DNA of 64,000 bases, taken from NCBI RefSeq assembly GCF_963921235.1, contig NC_086107.1, forward strand, positions 111,974,001 to 112,038,000, read 5' to 3'. The notes beneath the pieces were generated by a model that saw nothing but the letters and a program-made list of their open reading frames with translations, had not been told where the DNA came from and did not search any database. Made by a program: the position numbers and the translations under genes. The stretch comes from Mobula hypostoma (taxonomy: Eukaryota). Shown here piece by piece: positions 42,501 through 54,500 of the stretch (positions are counted from its first letter, which is position 1; each line of letters opens with the position of its first letter).

Positions 42501-45500
42501 CCTTCGAGCCAGCACCGCCATTCACTGTGATCATGGCTGATCATCCACTATCAGTATCCAGTTCCTGCCTTATCCCCATAACCTTTGATTCTGCTATCTT
42601 TAAGAGCTCTATCCGTCTCTTTCTTGAAAGCATCCAGAGACTTGGCCTCCACAGCCTTCTGGGGCAGAGCATTCCATATATCCACCACTCTCTGGGTGAA
42701 AAAGTTTTTCCTCAACTCCGTTCTAAATGGCCTACCCCTAAATTCTTAAACTGTGGCCTCTGGTTCTGGACTCACCCATCAGCGGGAACATGCTTCCTGC
42801 CTCCAGCGTGTCCAATCCCTTAATAATCTTATATGTCTCAATAAGATCCCCTCTCAGCCTTCTAAGTTCCAGAGTATACAAGCCCAGTCGCTCCAATCTT
42901 TCGATATATGACAGTCCCGCCATTCCAGGAATTAACCTTGTGAACCTACGCTGCACTCCCTCAATAGCAAGAATGTCCTTCCTCAAATTTGGAGACCAAA
43001 ACTGCACACAGTACTCCAGGTGTGGTCTCACCAGGGCCCTGTACAGCTGCAGAAGGACCTCTTTGCTCTTATACTCAATTCCCCTTGTTATGAAGGCCAG
43101 AATGCCATTAGCCTTTTTCACTGCCTGCTGTACTTGCATGCTTGCTTTCAGTGACTGATGTACAAGAACACCTAGATCTCGTTGTGCTTCCCCTTTTCCT
43201 AACTTGACTCCATTTAGATAGTAATCTGCCTTCCTATTCTTACCACCAAAGTGGATAACCTCACATTTATCCACATTAAACTGCATCTGCCATGCATCTG
43301 CCCACTCACCCAGCCTGTCCAAGTCACCCTGCATTCTCATAACATCCTCCTCACATTTCACACTGCCTCCCAGCTCTGTGTCATCGTAAATTTGCTAATG
43401 TTACTCTTAATTCCTTCATCTAAATCATTAATATATATTGTAAACAGCTGCGGTCCCAGCACTGAACCCTGTGGTACCCCACTGGTCACTGCCTGCCATT
43501 CCAAAAGAGACCCGTTAATCACTACTCTTTGTTTTCTGTCAGCCAGCCAATTTTCAATCCATGTCAGTACTCTGCCCCCAATACCATGTGCCCTAATTTT
43601 GCCCACTAATCTCCTCTGTGGGACTTTATCAAAGGCTTTCTGAAAGTCCAGGTACACTACATCCACTGGCTCTCCCTTGTCCATTTTCATAGTTACATCC
43701 TCAAAAAATTCCAGAAGATTAGTCAAGCACCATTTCCCCTTCGTAAACCCATGCTGACTCGGACCAATTCTGTTACTGCTATCCAGATGTGTTGTAATTT
43801 CATCTTTTATAATTGACTCCAGCATCTTTCCCACCACTGACGTCAGGCTAACCGGTCTATAATTCCCTGTTTTCTCTCTTCCTCCCTTCTTGAAGAGAGG
43901 GACAACATTAGCCACCCTCCAATCCACAGTAACTGATCCTGAATCTATAGAACATTGGAAAATGATTACCAATACGTCCACGATTTCTAAAGCCACTTCC
44001 TTAAGTACCCTGGGATGCAGAGCATCAGGTCCCGGGGACCTATCAGCCTTCAGACCCAACAGCCTATACAACACCATTTCCTGCCTAATATAAATTTCCT
44101 TCAATTCATCCATTACCCTAGGTTTTTTGGCCACTTACATCTGGGAGATTGTCTGTGTCTTCCCTAGTGAAGACAGATCCAAAGTACCTGTTCAACTCGT
44201 CTGCCATTTCCTTGTTCCCCATAATAAATTCACCCGCTTCTGTCTTCAAGGGCCCAATTTTGGTCTTAACTATTTTTTTCCTTTTCACATACCTAAAGAA
44301 GCTTTTACTATCCTCCTTTATATTCTTGGCTAGTTTACCTTCGTACCTAATTTTTTCTCTGCGTATTGCCTTTTTAGTTACCTTCTGTTGCTCTTTAAAA
44401 GTTTCCCAATCCTCTGGCTTCCCACTCGTCTTTGCTATGTTATACTTCTTCTCTTTTATTCTTATGCTGTCCATTACTTCCCTTGTCAGCCGCGGCCTCC
44501 CCTTACTCCCCTTAGGATCTTTCTTCCTCTTTGGAACGAACTGATCCTGCACCTTCCGCATTATTCCCAGAAACACTTGCCGTTGCTGTTCCACTGTCAT
44601 CCCTGCTAGGGTATTGTTCCATTGAACTTTGGCCAGCTCCTCCCTCATAGCACCATAGTTCGCTTTGTTCAACTGTAGTACTGACACTTCCGAGTTTCCC
44701 TTCTCCCTCTCAAATTGTAGATTAAAACTTATCATATTATGGTCACTATCTCCTGATGGCTCCTTTACCTAGAGGTCCCTGATCAAATCCAGTTCATTGC
44801 ACAACAGTAAATCTAGAATTGCGTTCTCTCTGGTAGGCTCCAGTACAAGCTGTTCTAAGGATCCATCTCGGAGGGACTCCACAAACTCCCTTTCTTGGGG
44901 TCCAGTACCAACCTGATTCCTCCAGTCTACCTGCATGATGAAGTTCCCCATAACAACTGTAGCATTACCTTTGCGACATGCAAATTTTAACTCTTGATTC
45001 AACTTACACCCTACATCCAGACTACTGTTTGGGGGCCTGTAGATAACTCCCATTAGGGTCTTTCTACCCTTAGAATTTCTCAGTTCTATCCACACTGACT
45101 CTACGTCTCCTTCCTATGTCCCCCCGCACAATGGACTGAATATCATTCTTCACCAACAGAGCCACCCCACCCCCTCTGCCCATCAGTCTGTCCTTTCGAT
45201 AGGACGTATACCCTTGAATATTTATTTCCCAGGCCCTGTCCACTTGAAGCCATGTCTCTGTTATTCCCACAACATCACACTTACCAATTTCCAACTGTGC
45301 CTCAAGCTCATCTACTTTATTTCTTATACTCCGTGCATTCATACATAATACTTTTAGTTCATAACTCCCCTCACCTCCCATATCAATTCCTATTTCACTT
45401 GGCCATACTGTACGATCCCTTCTTGAGCTTTCTGCTCTGTTGATTCTGCTGCCTTTCTTAACTTTTCTTATTCTCACTTTCCCTTTATCTCCATCCTTAT

Positions 45501-48500
45501 ATTTCCAGTTCGTCCCCTCCCCCCCACTACTTAGTTTAAGCACACCCGCGTTGCAGAGGCAAACCTGTGCCAGAATGCTGGTGCCCCGCTTATTAAGGTG
45601 CAACCCGTCCCTTTTGTACAATTCATCCTTACCCCGAAACATACCCCAGTGGTCCAAGAATGTAAATCCTTGATTCCTGCACCAGTTCCTCAGCCACACA
45701 TTCAGATCCATTATCTCCCTGTTCTTGACCACTCCAGCACGAGGAACTGGAAGCAAACCGGAGATAACCACCCTGGAAGTCCTGCTTTTCAGCCTTCTTC
45801 CGAGTTCTCTGAAGTCGCGCTGTAGAATGTCTTTCCTCTTCTTTCCCACGTCATTTGTGCGACATGCACCACCACTTCCGGATGTTCTCCTTCACCCTTG
45901 AGGATTCCTTGTAATCGGTCCGTGACGTCCTGGATCCTGGCACCAGTGAGGCAACACACCATCCTTAAATCCCGCCTGTTGCCGCAGAAACCCCTTTCTG
46001 TACCCCTCACTATGGAGTCCCCTACTACCACGGCTCTGCCTGACTTCTGTCTCCTTGGGTTTGCCTCAGCGCCAATTGTTGATTCACAGAGCCGTCCACC
46101 TCTCAGACTGGCAGTGTCTTCTGTCCCGACAGCTTCCAAGAGGGAGAACCTGTTTACGAGAGGCACATCTCCTGGGGTCTCCTGTATTTCAAGCATCCTT
46201 TCCTTGCTCATCGTCGTCCTCCTACTCTCTTCCTGTATCCTGGGTGTAACGACCTCACTGTAGGTCCTGTCCAGAAAACTCTCGTTGTCCCGGATTAACC
46301 TAACGTCATCCAGTTGCCTCTCCAGTGCTGCAACACGGTCCTTCAGAAGCTGAATCTGGACACATTTTCTGCAGGTGTGGGATCCAGAGGCACCATCAGT
46401 GTTCCAGACCTCCCACATCATGCACACAGCACACTGAATCAGCCTAGCGATCATCTCTTCTCCACTTCTCACCCTCTCCGACTGTGAGGGCAACATTTAT
46501 TACTCGTTTTTACTCTCCCATGAGAAGGTATCAAGGAAAAAGAAACTCGAGAATTAGTCATGAGGGTGTGGAATCGGGTCACACGTTTGTCAGATTAGAT
46601 AAGGCTGGCAGATTTTTTCCTTCCTTCCTTGTTTCATATCGGGGTGTCAGGATCCAAAGTGAGAGCTGATTTCGCTCGCTCTCCGTGATGGTCACTCCTC
46701 TCTCCATGGCGCTGAGGCTATGAAGACTCCCCTGTCTGCTGTGCTCTGTGCCCACTAACATGATGAGCTGGTAAGCGAGGTTTTGGGCCTACTCCAGGCT
46801 GCTCTGGGTTTGAACCTGAGGACTCAATTTGGTTCGGAATGCAAACAAGAGAAAATCTGCAGATACTGGAAATCCGAGCAACATAGACAAAATGCTGGAG
46901 GAATTTACCATTTCCCATCCCCTTGTCCCTCTATCATGTTATCTCTTTGCCCACCCATCTCCTCCCTTTGGTGTTCCTGCACCCACCCCTCGGCTTTCTT
47001 CTTTCTTCCATGGCCTTCTGTCTCTTTCACCAATAAACTTCCCAGCTCTTTGCTTCATCCCTCTCCCTCCAAGTTTCACCTATCACCTGGTGTGTCTCTC
47101 TCTCCCCTCCCCCCCCCCCAGCTTTCAGATCTTCTATCTCAGCCCGAAACGTCGACTGTACTTTTTCCCAGAGATGCTGCCTGGCCCGCTGAGTTCCTCC
47201 AGCGCTTTGTATGTGTTGCTTGGTTCGGAATGCTGTTGTCCGCTTGAAATGTTAGCATGGTTTGTGTCTTTTTCTTTCTCTTGTTCATCGGGTGTTGGTC
47301 TTTTATTTTTATTCTTTTTTTTCTTTAATTGGGTTCCTTTGGGTTTCTTTGAGAGCAAGCAAATCTCAAGGTTGTATACAATCTTTGATGATAACGTACT
47401 CTGAATATATATATCAATCAAAGTTCAAAGTACATTTGTTATCAAATTATACAACCTTGAGATTTGTCTGCTTACAAGCAGCCACAAAGCAGGAAACCCG
47501 CAAGAACCCAATTTTAAAAAAGACAACACCCAATGCGCAGAGAAAGAGAGGAAGAAAACACGAACCATGCAAACGATAAAAGCAATTAACAGCTTTCAAA
47601 ATGAAATTGAGTCCGTGAACCTGAACCCCGGCGAAGCCGGAATAGGCCCACAGATTCGGTCTCAGTTCGTCATATAGCGGGGCAAATCGCCATGAAGCTC
47701 GCAGTCACGAAGTACGTAGTAACCGGAGCAGTCTCACAGCCTCAGCGCCGAGGAGAGCAGTGTAAAACGTCGCAGAGCAGAACCGGCTAAATGTATAGTT
47801 CGATTAAGCATTCTTGTTCATTTAAGTAATTAATTACAGGTTATGAGTATAAATATGTGAATTGCATACCTCATCATGCTACCTCGTGATATGTGCACGC
47901 CTCACTTAAAGTAAACCTAAAGTTAGACCCGCATTTCAGACTCCTGTGTCTGTCTCTGAATTAGTTTAATGTTTTGGAATTACAGGCCATAGCTAGAGCA
48001 CCCAGAGGAAACAGTGCGTTGTCAGAGGAAGATGTGCGAACTTTACTCAGACAGCATCTGAGGTCAGGCTCAAGCAGGTCACTGGAGCTGAGAAGCAGCA
48101 GCTGCAACCGCTGTGCCACTCATAAAGGATTAGCATGACCCGATGGGAACTTGCAGTGAACTGGAAACCGGTCAGCAGCACAGATGCTAACTTTCCTTAA
48201 TTCCCTGTTCTTTAACTGTTTAAAAGTACCAACTTCAATCGAGTCAGAGTCATATATCACTACATCACAGAAACAGGCCCTTTGGCCCATCTAATCCAAG
48301 CCGAACTGTTGTTCTGCCTAATCCCATTGACGCCTCTACCTGGGCCATAGTCCTCTAATCCATGTTAGGATGTGAACTGTCATCTCTAGGTCTCAATTTC
48401 TCTTGCCCTCACACTCCCAGTTCAGCTCCAAGAATCAAGCATCCCAGGTGCTGGAGGTCTGAACTAAAACAGAAAGTGATGGAAATATTGAACAGACCAA

Positions 48501-51500
48501 GCAACTGCAGAGGGAGAAGGAGTGAATTTTTCTGGTCAAACGCATTTGATCAGACGAAGCCTTAGATAAGGCACTGGTCAGACCGCACTTGGAGTATTGT
48601 GAGCAGTTTTGGGCACCTTACCTAAAAAACGATGTACTGGCAATGGAGAGGGTCCAGAGGAGGTACATGAGAATAATCCCGGGAATGAAAGGGTTAATGT
48701 ATGAGGAGCATTTGATGGCTTTGGGCCTGTGCTTGCTGGAGTTAAGAAGAATGGGGGGGGGGGGTATCTCATTGAAAGCTATCGAATATTGAAAGGTAAA
48801 CAAGAGAAAATCTGCAGATGCTGAAAATCCAAGCAACACACACAAAATGCTGGAGGAACTCAGCAGGCCAGGCAGTGTCTGTGGAAAAGAGTACAGTCGA
48901 TGTTATGGGTCGAGACCCTTCATTAGGATCTGTTGAACGGTCTCGGCCTGAAACATCAGCTATACTCTTTTCCACAAATGCTGCCTGGCCTGCTGAGCTC
49001 CAGAATTTTGTGAAAATTGAAAGGCCTAGAGAGTGGAGCAATAATTTAAGACTCGTATCACGTAGAAGTTTGGAAAAACAAGAAATTAAATGTCCAACTA
49101 CAATTAGCCAGCATTGATGGAATCCGGTTGCCCTGATACCGTTTCTCCATGACTGCAATGTCCTGGTGAAACCTTTCACCATGCTTGTCACTGACTGCAC
49201 CAAGATTTGCAGGGAAGAAGTCTAAATGGGAGTGCAGAAAATGAATCTTTAGTGACATGTTGTATTTCATGGTATTGTGTGTTTGAAGCATGTTGTCAAC
49301 CAGCTGCACGTAGTTTGGTGCTCTGTAGTTGCCAAGAAAATTTTCAACAACATCCTTGAATGCCTTCCATGTGATTTTCACTGGTCCCACTAGAAGTTCC
49401 TCAAATTGCCTGTCATTGCTGACTTGTTTGATTTGTAGACCAATAAAAATGCCTTCCTTAATCATGATAATCTGTTACTCTGGGAAACATCTGTCTCAAA
49501 TATCAAAAACCTTAATGGAAGTTTATATCCTTTCTGAATCCTGTCCTGCCATGCAGCATCTGCCCTGCCTAAGCATGTCTGAACAAGATAGAAAACTTTT
49601 CAGCTTACATTGTACAACATTTTAATTTACTTGAATGAGGAATTGAAATAACAAAGAGATGATTTTTTTTTTAAAAAGGCATGCGATAGGAAAATTTTAG
49701 GATGATTTTCATGATCAGCAGTCCAAAATCCGAAAGATACACCCAAACGTTATTCAGGAAGCAAAACCTTTGTTATCCATTGTAATAGGGTTGAAATTCA
49801 AAGGAATATATTCGTTCCTTTATTAAGCAACGAGCAAAACAAACTTGAAGTGATAAAACTAATGAACTAAAACTAATGATATAAAAAATAAACAGGTTTA
49901 ACATAATAAACGTACTTCAGCTTTCTTCAATGTAATTGAACTCTTTTAAGCCACATTAAGCGTAATTAACAGGTCAACAAAAAATCTATCATACCCGGCG
50001 GTCTCTACCTCTAACTGTCTCTAACCAAACTCAGACTGAACTAAAAACAAAGCATGCAGAGGTAACCAACACCCTCTTCGCTTTTACCACACACCCCCAC
50101 CCATGTGACTATCTACCATTATGAACGTACAACGCAAAATACAATGTATATAGAAAACAGATGTGGCTCCTACACGGACAATTCATAAACTCATAGGACC
50201 TACCATCTGAAATGTTAATTCTTTCTCTTCTCTGGCACCATCCAGTGTCAGTAAGTTCCCATGTGTCGTTGCAAGCACAAAACATTAAATGGCGATAAGA
50301 TAGAGACAGCTGACAGCTAGAACAGCAGTACCTGGTTAGTTACTGCTCATTACGTCTTGCTGGCACTTAGGGAAGTAATGAAGTTCCTCCATCTCTGCCC
50401 ATGGCCGTATGCTATCACATATAGATAAAGAAGGATTCTGTAACAATCTGTTTTTGACCAGCCAGGGTTCTTAGCCCTGGAACACTCTTAGCCTGGCCTC
50501 TACCCTCTGACCTGTTTGGCATGGGCGACCCTACCAAGAGACAAAGCATAAAGCCCAGACTCCAGCCAACATGGTTCTCCAGGTCATTGGGGCACACAAG
50601 CTTCCAAATCACGATAGGGTCGTGGTCCTCTTAGAGGAGGAGTATCTGGTCACACCCCACAAAAAGCCAGCACATCTGCCCTCACCCCATCATCCCACCT
50701 TCATAACAGGGATAGGGTTCCCCCTTGTCTTCTCCTACCACCCCCACGAGTCTCCATAATGTCCACCATCTTCAACAGGATCCTATCACAAAGGCACATC
50801 TTTCCCTCCCCTGTCACCTCTCTGTTTTCCGAAGAGATTGCTCTTTGCATGATTTCCTCATCCCTTCCCACTGATCTCCCTCCTGGCAATTATTCCTGCA
50901 AGCGTAACGAGTGCTACACCTCCTCTCTTGCCGTTCAGTCCTTCTGGTTTAGGCAACACTTCACCTGCGAGTCTGTCGGGGACCTCTATTGCTCTCAGTG
51001 TGCCTTCCTCTGCAAAGGTGAGACCCAACACAGAATAGGGACTACCTCATCGGGCATCTTTTAATCTTAGGGAATCTTAACATCTTCCAGCTATCTCCTT
51101 CCAGTCTCATTCCCTCTCCATCACCTACTCTATTTCCCCCTCACCTGATTTCACCTATGACCTGCTATCTTGTAACCCTCTCACCCCCCGCCCTTTATTC
51201 TGGCTTCTTCCCCCTTCCTTTCCAATGATGAAGGATCTCAGCCCGGAACATCAGCTGTTTATTCCTCTTCATAGATGATAACTGACCTGCTGAGTTCCTC
51301 CAGTGTTTTGTGTGAGCTGCTCAAGATTTCCAGCATCTGCAAAATCTCTTGTGTTTTTGCCTGCTACAAGATCATATTGAGAGGAAACTATACCCATAAA
51401 CTTAGCCTCACACTTAGATGCCCAAAAGTAATGTATCAGCTCTGCTTTAGTGTCTTAGGATGAATGAATGGAGGCTTTACTGGGAGGTCTTTCGGTTTTA

Positions 51501-54500
51501 GTTGAGAAGACTCTACCAGACCCCATCTTTTTACTCCAACCCTTCTCCTCCCACCTCCAGCCAGGAGGGCATCTCACACCTCAGGATTTTCTTTTACTTC
51601 TGTTGGCTTCTCTTCAGGGTTCTCCTTCTGGTTCCTTGTAGGGTTACAATCGCAAAAAGGCATTCATTGCTACACAGGGACCCCTGCCGGATACAGTGGT
51701 AGACTTCTGGCAAATGATTTGGGAGCAGAAGTCAGAGGTCATTGTGATGCTGACCAAATGTGTGGAGCACAATCAGGTGAGTCCCTAGTTTTTATTTATT
51801 CTACGTTATTTGGAGATACATCGTGGAAAAAACCCTTCCAATCATTCAAGCTGTGCTGCCCAGCATCCCCAACAACCACCAATCTAACCCTAACTTAATC
51901 ATGGGTCAATTTACAATGACCAATTAACCTACCTGCTATGTCTTTGGACAGTGGGAGGTAACTGGAGCACCTGGAGGAAACATCATGAATTGCATGAGGA
52001 GGGCATACAGAGACTCCTTACAGAGGACATCAGAATTGAACTCACCACTCCGATGCCCATGCCATTAATAGCACTGTGCATCATCTACTCTTCAGTAAGG
52101 TCTTCTAATATACAGTAACAAACTACAACGAATTCACAGCAAATCAAATTATATGCACATTTATTATTTGCAAGGGAAGGTCTACCTCCATTAAGTCATT
52201 GGAAAGTAGCTTCAATCTTCTCGCTCAAAACAAACCATTTTTTTTTTACTTTTACAGAGACCATAATTCATCACTTTCATATCTTTGAGGTTGTTCCATT
52301 TCATAATGGCATTCCCTCCCCATTGGCATCTGTGGCATCAGTTCTTTAATCCATAGAAACGATAGAAAAACTACAGCACAGAAACAGGCCTTTTGGCCCT
52401 TCTTGGCTGTGCCGAACCATTTTCTGCCTAGTCCCACTGACCTGCACATGGACCATATCCCTGGTCCATGTGCAGGTCCATACACCTCCCATCCATGTAT
52501 CTGTCCAATTTATTCTTAATAGAAACCATAGACATCTTTAAGCTGTCGTGGGAGGGGGCACTTCTTCCCCCCTGCTCCCCCATGACAGCTGTGTCGTGTC
52601 TTTCTCTGTTATCAAAATACTCCCTGCTATAAACTCACCCCTACTATAAAACCCACAGACTTCCATTCAAATCAGGAGCCTCTTTGAGAGGGTGTGTGTA
52701 CGAAGAACATCTCCACAGCCCATTATGTCATAGTGTTCAGGGCAACAATGAAGGTCCTCCATCTCTGATGGTGTTCAGGGCTTCCTTCATCATGTCAGTA
52801 GCTCAGTTTTCACTACTATCAGTCATGCAAGTCCTGGGTGGAGACTCAGCAATACAATCACACTCAGATGTGAAAGGAATACCCATTGCTGTTTCCTTAA
52901 CAGTTTTTTGGACCAGTCAGAGTTGTTAACCCAGAGCTGAACCTCCGAACCTGGAGGACCAGTGGACCAGTCTTAGTCTGGCCTCTATCCTTTGACCTGT
53001 TTGACATGGGTGACCCTACCATGAGCCAAAGCATAAAGCCCTGACTCTAGCCAACATAGCTCTCCAGGTCACTGAGGCATACAAGCCTCCAAAGCAGGAA
53101 AAGACGTGGTCCTCTTGGAGGTTATAAATCTGTGGCAGTACATAATTCCAGAATTGAACCTACGTCCCCACAGCAGTATGTAGTAAACTGGTGATGCGTT
53201 AGCTGAACAGGTTGGGTAGCTTGTGTACAATTCTTGGCTTGATGGATCGAGCAGCCTGATTCTGCTGCTTTGCCTTATTAAACCATGAGCTTTCCAGATC
53301 TGTTTCACTTTTTTCATTTTGTTGTGGGAAATCAGGTTCATGGGTTCAGTGAGTGGGAACAGGAGAGACCCGTTACCAGTAAACACACACAAAATGCTGG
53401 AAAAGCTCAACAGGTCAGGCAGTATCTATGGAAAAGAGTAAACAGTCGACGTTCGGGTTGAGACCCTTCATCAGGGCTGAGAAGGAGGGGCGATGACGGT
53501 AGAATAAAAAAAGTGTGGGGAGGCAAAAGAGGCTAGCTGGAAGGTGATAAGTGAAGGCAAGTGGTTGGGAAAGGTCAAGGGCTGGAGAAGGAAGAATCTG
53601 ATAGGAGAGGAGAGTGGAAAATAGGAGAAAGATTTCCAGAAAGCAGGTTAACTATTTATTTACAAGACAAGACAGACACTAAACAGTTAGTAAACCCTTC
53701 AAGCAAACTCAGTTACAAATACTTATCTAAACTGAGTGTCCAAAGGATCAGGACAAAGCAAACGTGAAACATACACACAGTGTCAAATGTCTATCTAATG
53801 TGTGTACTCGGGCCCTTTGCACTGCAGCTCGCCTCCCTCCCCCCACTGTCTACCGTATCCATGGCAACCTAATCTAACTGCTCCACTATGACCCAAGAGG
53901 AAAAGAGAACGCGTGCTAGATCTAAACCCTAGCGGCTTTGTGACGTCATTAGTAAAGAAGCTAGTGGGAGGGGCTGCAATGCTTCTTACACGAGCCAATT
54001 CCTGCCTCCCACGGGGGAGTGGGTAAGTTAAGACACGTACTGCAACACATGCCCAATATTAATCTGTGATGACGCAAACATATAATATCAGAGAATTGGT
54101 ATATCGGACAACTGCTGATACCCAGTGTGGTCCAAACTCAAAGCAGCCATCAGGGGATATGCAGTGGGGATGCAACTCTTACTTTATATAATTTTGCATG
54201 TTATATTACCTATCCATACTTTAACCTCTAACTTCATATTTTATATTATTCTTTACTCTTTAAAATTGTTAAATGTTATTGCTTTTTTGTTGCATGTCGC
54301 ACCCCAACCAACACACCACAGAAATTCATAACTCATGTCATGGAAATAAAGTTGATCCTTGAAACTTGATTTACCTGCATCTCTCTACTTCACCAAAATC
54401 AGGGATGAGATATCATGTTCCTCTGAAGCTTTTCCTTCCCTTAGTTGCTTCAGTATCCAGCAAAATGGTGAGGGGCAGACTGAGGCAAATCTTTCCCATC

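Noticed and set aside
48227..48255. Polypyrimidine tract followed by NFNRVRV, resembling the DxxRVxL motif
   Set aside because: The phase does not fit, the RV part overlaps the reversed tail of a CR1 fragment, and no DYINA or donor follows
48421..48447. Possible 27-nt phase 0-0 exon FSSKNQASQ
   Set aside because: Weak donor (gtgctg) within an old Penelope remnant and no similarity to PTP motifs
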